This document shows positions 51,722 to 61,526 of a DNA stretch of 64,000 bases, in pieces. Every line of letters starts with the position of its first letter. Positions within the stretch are counted from its first letter, which is position 1. The stretch spans positions 2,365,382 to 2,429,381 of the forward strand of contig OZ240245.1 of NCBI GenBank assembly GCA_965198175.1. Reading direction: 5' to 3'. A model generated the notes under the pieces. That model was not told the origin of the DNA. It saw nothing but the letters and a program-made list of their open reading frames with translations, and made no database searches. The DNA comes from Candidatus Poribacteria bacterium (GTDB lineage Bacteria > Poribacteria > WGA-4E > PCPOR2b). Both the position numbers and the translations under genes were made by a program.

Positions 51722-52382
51722 AGCAATCCTACGAGTGGTTCAGTTTATTATTTTGCTTACTTTTCACGAATGGGGCCACGCAAAATCCGCCAACATGCTA
51801 GGAGATCGAACTGCTGAAGATGAGGGCCGAATGACATTCAATCCTGGGGCGCATATCGACCTCATCGGAACAGTGATTTTGCCGCTGATTGGAACACTCT
51901 TTGGAGGAATGTTTTTTGGCTGGGCGAAGCCTGTGCCCGTTAATCCTTACAATTTGAGAAATCCCAAACGTGATTTGATGATTATTGCGGCGGCGGGACC
52001 GATTATGAACATTATTTGCACAATCGTGATTTTAGGTGGTCTATCACTTCTTTCCATGGCGATTGAATTCCCTGATAGAGGTTCGGCAATTCAAGTTGAA
52101 ATGTATCGGCAGTTGAAAATATCAGCGATTATTAGTGTTTTTTTGGCGGTATTCAATATGCTCCCGGTCTTCCCGCTTGACGGATATAGCGTTGTATATG
52201 GTCTGCTGCCTTGGAAACAGGCTCAAGAGTTCGAAAAACTGCGCCCTTACGGCATGATGATTCTTATGGGAATTATTTTCATTCCAGGCCTGATTGGAAT
52301 ACCGAATCCGGTCTTTATCATTATTAGTCTAGTAGCTTACGGTATGTTCGACCTAGCTCAAATACTTGTCGGTTTGTATTGA
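51702..52382 (+). CDS. M50-family (site-2 protease-like) zinc metalloprotease
   Basis: HEWGH (HExxH) in TM1 and an NMLPVFPLDG motif. Overlaps the preceding gene by 20 nt. Confidence 0.55.
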   Translation: MRLDPVEAILRVVQFIILLTFHEWGHAKSANMLGDRTAEDEGRMTFNPGAHIDLIGTVILPLIGTLFGGMFFGWAKPVPVNPYNLRNPKRDLMIIAAAGPIMNIICTIVILGGLSLLSMAIEFPDRGSAIQVEMYRQLKISAIISVFLAVFNMLPVFPLDGYSVVYGLLPWKQAQEFEKLRPYGMMILMGIIFIPGLIGIPNPVFIIISLVAYGMFDLAQILVGLY

Positions 52383-52579
52383 ATCCGACGGGAATAGATA
52401 GGTCTGAACCGGTAGAAGCATGTCACGAAAACCACTGAAAGACATGGTGTTGAAGCGCATAAAGCGGCAATAGTGAATGATGCTGCCGTAATTCTACGGG
52501 TTTCCTATTAGGTTATCGCAAAGATATTTGACTAAATACCCTAGGCTGATTCGGAGCGACTTTGGAGGAAGCAACAAGC

Positions 52580-53572
52580 ATGCAAATAACAAGATTAGTC
52601 AGCGGTGTCCGCCCAACAGGACTTCTACATATTGGACACCTCGAAGGGATGCTGAAAAATACAGCAAGCCTGCAAGAAAAATACGAATGTTATCCCTTCA
52701 TCGCCGATTGGCATTCGCTCACCGATGTGACCGACACATCGAACCTTCACCACTACATATTGCAGGCAGCGGTCGATTGGTTGAGTGCGGGGATTGACCC
52801 GGAAAAGAGCACTCTCTTCATTCAATCTCACGTTCCAGAACATGCGGAGCTATCAACTCTGCTTACAATGATTACACCGGTGTCTTGGCTTGAGCGGTGC
52901 CCTACGTATAAAGACAAGGTTCAAGATCTCAACCAGCATATCAATCAGCGCGAGGGACCTTCAACCGGATTGTTAGAATATCCGGTATTGATGACATCGG
53001 ATGTAATTGTTTACAAAGCCGCGGTAGTGCCTGTTGGGGCGGATAATGTCGCCCACCTTGAAATTTCGCGGGAAATCGTCCGCCGATTTAATCACATCTA
53101 CGGGGACGTTTTTCCGGAGCCACAGCCGCTGTTGACGGAAACCGCGGAATTGCCAGGACTTGATGGTCGCAAGATGAGCAAGAGCTACGGTAATACCATT
53201 CAGTTGTCAGACCCACCTGAGACCACACGGAAAAACATTATGAAAATGGTAACAGATCCAGGTCGTGTACGTCGCAATGACCCCGGTAATCCGGACGTAT
53301 GTCCGGTTTTTGCGTATCATAAAGTCTACAATCCCGATGAGGTTCCAAAAATCGATAAGGATTGTCGTTCCGCTGCAATAGGGTGTGTCGATTGTAAACG
53401 TAATCTCACCGATAATATGATTGCTGAGATAGCCCCATTCTATGAAAAACGGGCTCAATGGGCGTCAAAACCTAAAGTGGTTCGTGAAGTTCTCGCTTAT
53501 GGAGCAAATCGGGCACGAGGAGTTGCCCAAGAGACAATGGCAGAAGTCAGAGCTGCAATGAATTTAGTCTGA
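52580..53572 (+). CDS. trpS: tryptophan--tRNA ligase
   Basis: Class I motifs HIGH (GLLHIGH) and KMSKS. About 330 aa. Start trimmed to the ATG after a GGAGG RBS. Confidence 0.85.
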   Translation: MQITRLVSGVRPTGLLHIGHLEGMLKNTASLQEKYECYPFIADWHSLTDVTDTSNLHHYILQAAVDWLSAGIDPEKSTLFIQSHVPEHAELSTLLTMITPVSWLERCPTYKDKVQDLNQHINQREGPSTGLLEYPVLMTSDVIVYKAAVVPVGADNVAHLEISREIVRRFNHIYGDVFPEPQPLLTETAELPGLDGRKMSKSYGNTIQLSDPPETTRKNIMKMVTDPGRVRRNDPGNPDVCPVFAYHKVYNPDEVPKIDKDCRSAAIGCVDCKRNLTDNMIAEIAPFYEKRAQWASKPKVVREVLAYGANRARGVAQETMAEVRAAMNLV

Positions 53573-53609
53573 CCGTCTTTAACAGAAATTTTATCAATAA
53601 TGAGATTGT

Positions 53610-54365
53610 ATGCAAAACCGTGTTGAGATCTATGACTCTCAGGTGAAACCTATCTACGCAATCAAACTTGATGTTTTTGAAGGTCCTTTAGATCTCCTGC
53701 TCCATCTTATTCAACAAAATGAGATGGAGATCACGGATATCCCAATCGCAGAAATTACCGAGCAGTATCTAGAGTATCTCAACTTTATGGAACTGCTAGA
53801 TCTTGATGTCGCGTCGGACTTTCTGGTGGTGGCAGCGACTTTGCTTTATCTCAAATCTCAAAGCATTCTTCCATCGGTGACAGAAGACGATCAAAAACCG
53901 TTCAAGGATCGGGAAGAGCTAGTCAGACAACTGTTAGCGTATAAACAGTTCAAGGAAGCGGCGCAAGCGTTAGATTATCACGTCGCGAAGCGGGAACGAA
54001 TCTACGGAAGGAGCATCAATCCGGATACTGAGTTGGCTGATTTACGTGAAGTCCAGATTAAGGCGACGCTCTTTGATCTCCTATCCGCTTTCAAGCACGT
54101 GGTTGAAAGATCACAGTATGCAACGGATGATGATTTGTACGAAGAAATTGAAGAAGAGCCAATCACAGTTGAGGAAAAGATGGAGGTTGTGCAGCGCAGA
54201 CTCAGTGAGGAACCAATAAATTTCAATGACCTTTTATCGGAGTTTGCAAGCAAAATTGAACAGATTGTGACGTTTTTAGCGATTTTGGAGTTGATTCGCC
54301 TTCAGCGAATCGCTGCGGTGCAATCTGGACATCTTGAGGACATTTATATTGTCAAACTTAGTTAG
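53610..54365 (+). CDS. scpA: segregation and condensation protein A
   Basis: N-terminal IKLDVFEGPLDLLLHLIQ..EM.ITDIPIAEIT. Adjacent to scpB. Confidence 0.8.
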   Translation: MQNRVEIYDSQVKPIYAIKLDVFEGPLDLLLHLIQQNEMEITDIPIAEITEQYLEYLNFMELLDLDVASDFLVVAATLLYLKSQSILPSVTEDDQKPFKDREELVRQLLAYKQFKEAAQALDYHVAKRERIYGRSINPDTELADLREVQIKATLFDLLSAFKHVVERSQYATDDDLYEEIEEEPITVEEKMEVVQRRLSEEPINFNDLLSEFASKIEQIVTFLAILELIRLQRIAAVQSGHLEDIYIVKLS

Positions 54366-54425
54366 GTAATACGTAAAAACCCGCAAAGGTTACCCCTTAT
54401 ACTAAATCGTACCGACAGAAAATCC

Positions 54426-55013
54426 GTGACTGAAGAACTCACGCTTCCCATTCAAGATTCTGCGTTTAGCCCAGACGAGATGAAATCCATCCTCGAAGCG
54501 GTGCTGTTTGCTGTTAGCGAACCCATTTCCCTGAAACAGTTTAGCCAAGTATTGAATGGGGTGTCCACGAGACAGATTCGCCAAGTGCTCAAGCTGTTGC
54601 GTGATGAGTACCGTGACACAAACCGCAGTTTTGAGCTCATCGAAATTGCTAACGGGTTTCAAGTCTGTACACACCCCAAATATCACAGTTGGATTGAAAA
54701 ATTTCACACCCGTCAGGTGCGCGTCAAACTTTCACCTGCCGCACTTGAAACCCTCACCATTGCCGCCTACAAGCAGCCTGTTACGAGAACCGAAATCGAA
54801 GAAATCCGCGGCGTCAATAGCGATAGCGTCCTCAATTCCTTGATCGAAAAAGGATTAGTTCGCATCGCCGGAAGGAAACCCGGCCCTGGGCGTTCACTCT
54901 TATTCGCAACGACCGACGAATTTCTGCAACTATTCGGATTGAAGGATCTTGCTGAACTGCCTTCTATGGATGAGATTGAACAGATTTTAGATCGAGCGCA
55001 AACGGAAATGTAG
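54426..55013 (+). CDS. scpB: segregation and condensation protein B
   Basis: Winged-helix ScpB motifs (ILEAVLFAVSEPIS, RGV, GRKPGPGR). GTG start. Confidence 0.8.
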   Translation: MTEELTLPIQDSAFSPDEMKSILEAVLFAVSEPISLKQFSQVLNGVSTRQIRQVLKLLRDEYRDTNRSFELIEIANGFQVCTHPKYHSWIEKFHTRQVRVKLSPAALETLTIAAYKQPVTRTEIEEIRGVNSDSVLNSLIEKGLVRIAGRKPGPGRSLLFATTDEFLQLFGLKDLAELPSMDEIEQILDRAQTEM

Positions 55014-55466
55014 GTAATATCGTATTCCGTTGTGCGTATAACTTCTGCACACTTCTGCAGTAGGTCAATTCTCCGGATTTCACAGTAGGTCAATAGGCTT
55101 TATTGGGAAAAGTTATCCGGGTTAAGCGAAATATAGCTTCAGGCGTTAATCACCCACCTCCACACAATTACTCATAAGCGTATTGAATACTATCTTGTCA
55201 CCTTTGACGACTATGTTCCCAACCGAGAATCTCATGTCAAGGAAAACGAAACAACAATAGTGAACGTTTGTCCGACTCTCTCAGTTCCCCGAGCACCGTC
55301 AAGTGGTAGATTGTGACCGACAAAGCTAGTTGTGAGAAAAGCTTGGATTGCATTGAGGTTATGCTTGTTGATAACTCCTTCCGAGAAGCGGCTGAGCACC
55401 TCTTTCCTTTGTCCGTCGCCGACATGTGGTGATTAGCCTACGACGAATAGTTTGAAGAAATTCTAT

Positions 55467-55496
55467 TGACGACAGAGAGGGTTGAAAGGTACAATT
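55467..55496 (+). promoter_or_regulatory. candidate sigma70-type promoter (TTGACG-18-TACAAT) for thrC
   Basis: Near-consensus -35 and -10 hexamers about 110 nt upstream of the thrC start. Seen in the sequence only. Confidence 0.3.
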
Positions 55497-55604
55497 GTCA
55501 TATCAGAACCGTGCGAAGGGCGACCCCGTTGGATAATGAGCAAATCTGGAGGTATAGGCAACCTGTTAAAGCTTGATTCCAGCCGGAAGGAAAGGATTGA
55601 GGCG

Positions 55605-56939
55605 ATGAAATATCATGCGTGGTTTCAATGCAGTGAGGGCTGTGACGAAAAGTACCCGCTCAATGAAGTCATTTATCGTTGCCGAGCGTGCAATGGCTTA
55701 TTAGAGGTTAAACACGACATAGACCGCTTAAGGCATCGAAACGCCGCCGCGTGGAAGGAGTTGTTTAATGAGCGGTATATGAGAACGCAATACCCCTATG
55801 GCAGCAGCGTCTGGGGCAAAAAAGAGTTGGTTTGTCCGCATATTGATGATGAAAATGTGGTTTCAATGTATGAAGGAGGCACCAATCTCTTTTGGGCTGA
55901 GCGGTTTGGCAAAGAGATAGGTCTTTCTAATCTCTGGATAAAGCAGTGTGGAAACAGTCATACAGGCTCCTTCAAAGACTTAGGGATGACTGTTTTGGTT
56001 TCCATGGTGAAGCAGGTGATAAAAGGAGGCGGCGACATCCGCGTGGTTATGTGCGCTTCTACGGGTGACACCTCCGCTTCACTGGCAGCTTATGCAGCAG
56101 CAGCAGGCATTCCGGCGGTTATTCTTTTGCCACAGGACAAAGTGTCCCACGCACAACTCATTCAGCCGATTGCCAACGGGGCAATTACGCTTGCCTTAGA
56201 AACGGATTTCGATGGCTGCATGGCGGTTGTCCAAAAGCTTGCGGAGAGGAAGGATTTTTACCTGGCAAACTCAATAAATTCTCTACGGATTGAAGGGCAG
56301 AAAACAATCTCCATTGAGATAGTCCAGCAGTTTGACTGGGAAGCACCAGATTGGGTCATCATTCCGGGGGGTAATTTGGGAAATGTAACAGCACTTGGAT
56401 TGGGGTTTTTAATCATGCGAGATTTAGGGATTATCAATAGACTACCACGCATTGCTTGCGCTCAATCCGCCAAAGCGAATCCTTTGTACCAAAGTTACCT
56501 GAAACATTTCAAGACGTTTGACCCGGTTACGGCGCAGTCAACGATTGCAACAGCGATTCGAATTGGTCATCCTGTTTCCGTGAAAAAGGCGATAAAGGTA
56601 TTAAAACAGTTCGACGGAATTGTGGAGCAAGCAACGGAGGACGAGTTAGCAAATGCCGTAGCCAGGGCAGATCGAACAGGGTTATTCAACTGTCCTCATA
56701 CAGGGGTTGCTCTCGCAGTGCTGCTGAAAATGGTAGAAAGCAGGCTAATTCAACGCGATGATCGGGTTATCGTTATCTCGACAGCCAACGGACTCAAGTT
56801 CCCGGAGTTTAAGATTGATTACCACCAAAGCAAATTGAAAGAAGTTCAGCCTCAACATGTTAACTCACCGACAACACTCGAACCAAACTATGACACGGTG
56901 ATGAAAACGATTACCCATCAACTGAAAGCCTTGAACTAA
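55605..56939 (+). CDS. thrC: threonine synthase (long form with N-terminal zinc ribbon)
   Basis: PLP lysine motif GSFKDLG. N-terminal C..C...C..C ribbon. 444 aa. Confidence 0.75.
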   Translation: MKYHAWFQCSEGCDEKYPLNEVIYRCRACNGLLEVKHDIDRLRHRNAAAWKELFNERYMRTQYPYGSSVWGKKELVCPHIDDENVVSMYEGGTNLFWAERFGKEIGLSNLWIKQCGNSHTGSFKDLGMTVLVSMVKQVIKGGGDIRVVMCASTGDTSASLAAYAAAAGIPAVILLPQDKVSHAQLIQPIANGAITLALETDFDGCMAVVQKLAERKDFYLANSINSLRIEGQKTISIEIVQQFDWEAPDWVIIPGGNLGNVTALGLGFLIMRDLGIINRLPRIACAQSAKANPLYQSYLKHFKTFDPVTAQSTIATAIRIGHPVSVKKAIKVLKQFDGIVEQATEDELANAVARADRTGLFNCPHTGVALAVLLKMVESRLIQRDDRVIVISTANGLKFPEFKIDYHQSKLKEVQPQHVNSPTTLEPNYDTVMKTITHQLKALN

Positions 56940-56978
56940 TGAGTGAGGGCCTCCAAATATTCTGTTTCTCATCGTTCC

Positions 56979-58973
56979 CTATATTTTTAACGCTTTCTTC
57001 CCTGCTTCTAGCGTTTTGATGATTGCCTCAACGTCATAGACGCATCCGCCCCATGTTCCACCGCCAATGCTCTGAAGCGCAGCCCACAGGCGGGTATCCC
57101 CCGGCAGCATCTCGTCGGGAGCGAGGTCTGGACGTGGTAATCTTTCCGCTAAAACTCGCGCTCCTTCTTCTGGCCCAAAGGTAGTATAACCATGACCGAC
57201 CAAATCTACGCTCCCTTCCAGCCGATTTCGATCGATGACAATTTGAATAAGATCGCCGTTGATTACCTTGCCGATAGGACCATCAGCCAACGCTTCAGGT
57301 CCAATGTGTCCGATACATGCGCCGGTTGACACACCGGAGAATCGGGCATCAGTAATCAGGGCGATATGTTTACCGAAGGAGAGGTGCTTAAGAGCAGCAG
57401 TAATTTGATATACCTCTTCCATGCCAGTGCCCATTGGTCCTCGGCAGCAAAGCACCATCACCTCTCCCGGTCTGATTTGGTCTTGGTCTCCACGCTTAAT
57501 CGCGCGAATTGCGTCGCGTTCCCGAACAAAGACACGCGCAGCACCAGTCATACGATAGACGCCGTCGGGATCAACAACGCTCGAATCGATAGCGGTACTT
57601 TTGATTACCGATCCTTCAGGTGCAAGGTTGCCGCGCGGAAATGCGAGGGTACTCGTCAGTCCACGCTTCTGCGCAGTATTAGGATTCATAATTACATCGT
57701 CTGGATGGACGCCATCACTTTCCATCAGCAAAACCCGCAGCCGTTGACGTCGCTCAGACTTTTCCCACCAATCAAGGTTCCGCCCAAGGGTTTCGCCCGT
57801 CGCGGTGATAACATCTTCGTTGAGCACACCTAGGTCCCGTAAACGAAGCATCACTTCAGGAACACCACCCGCGAGAAAAACGCGGACCGTTGGATGTCCG
57901 ACAGGTCCATTTGGAAGCACATCCACAAGACGGGGTGTTTGGCGGTTGACACGAGTCCAATCTTCGATGTTGGGGCGATCTAATCCCGCTGCGTGAGCAA
58001 TCGCAGGAATGTGTAGGAGCAAGTTTGTAGAACCCCCGAAAGCGGCATGAACAACCATCGCGTTTTGAATTGCTTCGTCGGTGAGGATGGTTCGCATCGT
58101 GATGCCTTTTGCTTCGAGGTTGACGAGAGCGCGCGCCGATCGCTTTGCCATATCCAACCAAATCGCTTGCCCTGAAGGCGCGAGGGCTGCGTGAGTGAGC
58201 GTCATGCCCAAAGCCTCTCCGACGACCTGCGAGGTTGCAGCCGTGCCTAAGAATTGACACCCGCCCCCCGGCGTCGCACACGCTTTGCACCCGAGGTCGG
58301 AGGCATCCTGCAAAGAAATCTCACCGTGTGCGAAACGCGCACCAATCGTCTGAATCTTGCCCGCATCCTCACCTTCAATGGGTGGCAGTGTTACGCCGCC
58401 CGGCACTAATATACATGCTAGATTGGACATTGCCGCAAGCGCTATCATTGTCGCGGGTAGCCCCTTATCGCAGGTTGCCACGCCCATCACCCCTTTGCGT
58501 GTCGGCAGCGATCGAATGAGCCGACGGAAAATTTGTGCAGCGTCGTTGCGGAATGCTAGGCTATCCATCATACCAACTGTGCCCTGTGTACGCCCATCAC
58601 AGGGATCTGAGCAATAACCCGCAAATGGAATCGCGCCCAGCGATTTAAGCTCGCTTGCAGCAGCTTGCATCAACAAGCCTACTTCCCAATGCCCTGTATG
58701 ATATCCAAGCGCGATTGGTGTCCCATCGGATGCACGGATACCGCCTTGTGTGCTCAGAATTAGAAACTGTTTCCGATTCAATTCAGCGGGCGACCACCCC
58801 ATACCTACATTCTGGCTCAGCGCAAAAACATCGCCGCTCGGCAAATTGAGAAGCATTTCCTCCGTGAGTGGTAAACTGCCCTGGGGTCCAGAGGCATTCG
58901 TCTGACATGTGTAGATCGCGGCGTCGTCGGAAGCAACAATTTTGTCAAATTCGATGATTCCAGTCGAAACCAT
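56979..58973 (-). CDS. IlvD/EDD-family dehydratase (YjhG/YagF-size sugar-acid dehydratase-like)
   Basis: 664 aa. Fe-S ligand region CDKGLPA and substrate motif ITDARFSG. Longer than canonical IlvD. Confidence 0.75.
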   Translation of the reverse strand: MVSTGIIEFDKIVASDDAAIYTCQTNASGPQGSLPLTEEMLLNLPSGDVFALSQNVGMGWSPAELNRKQFLILSTQGGIRASDGTPIALGYHTGHWEVGLLMQAAASELKSLGAIPFAGYCSDPCDGRTQGTVGMMDSLAFRNDAAQIFRRLIRSLPTRKGVMGVATCDKGLPATMIALAAMSNLACILVPGGVTLPPIEGEDAGKIQTIGARFAHGEISLQDASDLGCKACATPGGGCQFLGTAATSQVVGEALGMTLTHAALAPSGQAIWLDMAKRSARALVNLEAKGITMRTILTDEAIQNAMVVHAAFGGSTNLLLHIPAIAHAAGLDRPNIEDWTRVNRQTPRLVDVLPNGPVGHPTVRVFLAGGVPEVMLRLRDLGVLNEDVITATGETLGRNLDWWEKSERRQRLRVLLMESDGVHPDDVIMNPNTAQKRGLTSTLAFPRGNLAPEGSVIKSTAIDSSVVDPDGVYRMTGAARVFVRERDAIRAIKRGDQDQIRPGEVMVLCCRGPMGTGMEEVYQITAALKHLSFGKHIALITDARFSGVSTGACIGHIGPEALADGPIGKVINGDLIQIVIDRNRLEGSVDLVGHGYTTFGPEEGARVLAERLPRPDLAPDEMLPGDTRLWAALQSIGGGTWGGCVYDVEAIIKTLEAGKKALKI

Positions 58974-60211
58974 ACTCTTCTTCCCCTTTTCCTGTTTTCA
59001 TCGTCAGTTTCATGATGCATTCGATAGCGTAGATTGTCTCCACCGTTACCTTTAGCTGTCCGGACCCAATAATGGGTTGTCAACACGGTTCCCAAGCTTC
59101 CTATGATAACGATTCAGAGTTTTTTGGGCTAGACTTCTCGGGGCGCCTTTATTGACATATTTTCAGCCGTGCAGGTTCGTGGAGGTGTGCGGCTTTGGTT
59201 TGATTGCGTCCAAGATGTCTGTATTTCGGCGATCGAGAATACCCATAGCATCTCGATTCCTATCGCTACAACGTTCTAATCGAATACCTGAACCTGTTTA
59301 TCCGGACATTGAACTGTCAGATGCTAAAGATTATCAGAATTTTCCCTCTCATGTCAAATCAATCGTCCAAAATGTCTGTGAAACATGAAGGCTATGACGT
59401 ATCAAGCGACTTACATTTCAACTTAGCAATTAATCGCAATCTGACGTGCCAATTTGCATGACATGGCACAAAATAGCGCACTTATCCATGCTTAACAAGG
59501 TAACTACTTGGAGTTTTGCCGAATCCAACAGCCAATATTGAGATCCACGCTCTACCTCCAAACTGAGCCATGCACATGCGTCCGTAGTGAGGTGCCGCGT
59601 TAGAGAGCACAAACAATTTGCTTGACAAAGTTGGCTGATAGTGATAACATTACAAAGTTTTGGGGCAGGCGGATACTGAGTGGGGAATGGGATGAATGTG
59701 GGCACGTTGTCAGTTGTCGAACATGGACTGATAATCGTCAAGGATAAGCACGGGGATTTGGTTTTCCTATCATTGAGAAACAAGAGGTATGGGGTTGCTT
59801 GGCTATCAAAAGGATATGAGGGAAGATGAGCGACTAGGAAAAAAAATAGATAGTATGCCCTAACCTTATATGTCCCTTGTGTTCATAAATGAAAGAAAAA
59901 CGAATCATCAGGGATTTCTAAGTGACGCAGCGTTTTCCGCAGAGAATAGAGATATGAACCCTAATTAACGATTTCTGTCCTGTGCACTCTGCGCCAACTA
60001 ATACTTTGTAAATGGATATTTTTCGGACAGAAATCACGCGGCAATTTCATTTCAGATTACCTCCAACGGGGCTGTTTACAAAGGGTCTGGCTGTACCCCC
60101 CAAATCTATCGTGGAGCATTGTTGCCGTATTGTCCATACAATTGCGTTGGAGTGAAAATAGGCAAATTCCGATTTGAACCGAGATTGCTTTTTAAGAACA
60201 TATGCCTTAAA

Positions 60212-60251
60212 ATGCCTATTATCACACTGGTGGTAGTAGGCATTTTTTTTC
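60212..60251 (+). terminator. intrinsic-terminator-like hairpin (14-bp stem, 4-nt loop) plus T8, 23 nt upstream of the thrC-like start codon
   Basis: 60212..60225 pairs with 60230..60243 (two G-U wobbles), followed by TTTTTTTT at 60244..60251. A terminator inside a leader marks either an attenuator/riboswitch or the 3' end of an upstream sRNA. Confidence 0.5.
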
Positions 60252-60274
60252 ACGGTTTCAGATAGGAGAAAAAA

Positions 60275-61510
60275 ATGGAAGAAAAAGTATTTGGATTGAA
60301 GTGTCGTGAATGTGAGAGAAAATATCCTAAAGAGCCCATTCACGTTTGCGAATTCTGTTTTGGCCCGCTCGAAGTGGATTACAACTATGCAACTATTCAG
60401 AAATCCATTTCGCGGAAATCCATTGAACGAGGTCCTGTCAACCTCTGGCGATATATCGATCTGTTGCCTATTGATGGTGAACCTACCGATGGATTGAACA
60501 CCGGCTTCACACCGCTGATTCGTGCGAAAAATTTGGAGGCTGCCTTCGGCGTCAAGGAATTGTATATCAAGGATGACTCCGTGTGTCACCCCACGCTTTC
60601 CTTCAAAGATCGAGTGGTTGCCGTGACACTGAGCAAGGCGAAGGAGTTTGGGTTCGATACTGTTGCATGTGCTTCGACCGGGAACCTCGCCAACTCTGTC
60701 GCCGCGAACGCGGCGGTCGCCAATTTTGACTGTTTCATCTTTATCCCTGCCGACCTCGAAATGGCGAAAATCGTCGCATCGCTGGTTTACGCGCCTACGG
60801 TGGTCGGTATTATGGGAACATATGACGATGTCAACCGGCTCTGTAGCGAGATTGCGGGTGTATATCCGTGGGCATTTGCCAACATCAACACCCGTCCATT
60901 CTACGCCGAGGGGTCGAAAACTTTTTGTTATGAAATCATTGAGCAACTCGACTGGAAAACGCCGGATCACATTATTGTGCCGGCGGCAGGCGGCTCGCTT
61001 GTCACAAAAGTGGGCAAAGCGCTGAAGGAATTTCACCTGCTAGGATTGATTGATGAGCCAAAAACGAAGATTCATGTAGCACAAGCTGAAGGCTGTGGGC
61101 CAATTGTCACAACGCTGAAGGAAAATAGCGATTTCGTCAAACCGGTACGAAAGCCAAGTAGCATTGCCAAGTCCCTGGCGATTGGAAATCCTGCCGACGG
61201 AATATATGCCGCCGCAACAGTACGAAATTCGGGCGGTTATGGAGAACATGCAACCGATGAGGAGATTGTCGACGCCATCAAACTCCTCGCAGCAGCCGAA
61301 GGAATCTTCACGGAGACAGCAGGCGGTGTCACCCTCGCAGCGACGCAGAAGTTGATCGAGAGTGGGCGCATCAATCGGGACGATTGCATCGTTATTGGCA
61401 TCACGGGGAACGGACTAAAAACCATCGAAGCCCTCGACGGCAAGGTTCCAGAAACGCATGTCATCCAACCGCAATTGAATGTGTTTCGGAAATTGATGAA
61501 AACACTTTAA
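60275..61510 (+). CDS. threonine synthase-like PLP enzyme (second ThrC homolog)
   Basis: PLP motif SFKDR. N-terminal zinc ribbon C.EC....C.FC. RBS AGGAG. 411 aa. Confidence 0.75.
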   Translation: MEEKVFGLKCRECERKYPKEPIHVCEFCFGPLEVDYNYATIQKSISRKSIERGPVNLWRYIDLLPIDGEPTDGLNTGFTPLIRAKNLEAAFGVKELYIKDDSVCHPTLSFKDRVVAVTLSKAKEFGFDTVACASTGNLANSVAANAAVANFDCFIFIPADLEMAKIVASLVYAPTVVGIMGTYDDVNRLCSEIAGVYPWAFANINTRPFYAEGSKTFCYEIIEQLDWKTPDHIIVPAAGGSLVTKVGKALKEFHLLGLIDEPKTKIHVAQAEGCGPIVTTLKENSDFVKPVRKPSSIAKSLAIGNPADGIYAAATVRNSGGYGEHATDEEIVDAIKLLAAAEGIFTETAGGVTLAATQKLIESGRINRDDCIVIGITGNGLKTIEALDGKVPETHVIQPQLNVFRKLMKTL

Positions 61511-61526
61511 TTCTCAGTCTACAAAA

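Noticed and set aside
59152-59783. Small ORFs (78 aa, 117 aa) in the 1.3-kb intergenic region
   Set aside because: No RBS, low-complexity or odd composition, and no motif. The region is more plausibly regulatory or ncRNA.
60050-60274. T-box or other named riboswitch upstream of the thrC-like gene
   Set aside because: No T-box consensus (AGGGUGGNACCGCG) or other recognisable riboswitch core could be found by eye. Only the terminator is called.
60047-61036. 329-aa ORF on the minus strand
   Set aside because: Antisense to the well-supported PLP-dependent ThrC-like CDS (SFKDR, zinc ribbon, good RBS). It has no recognisable motifs and is therefore judged spurious.
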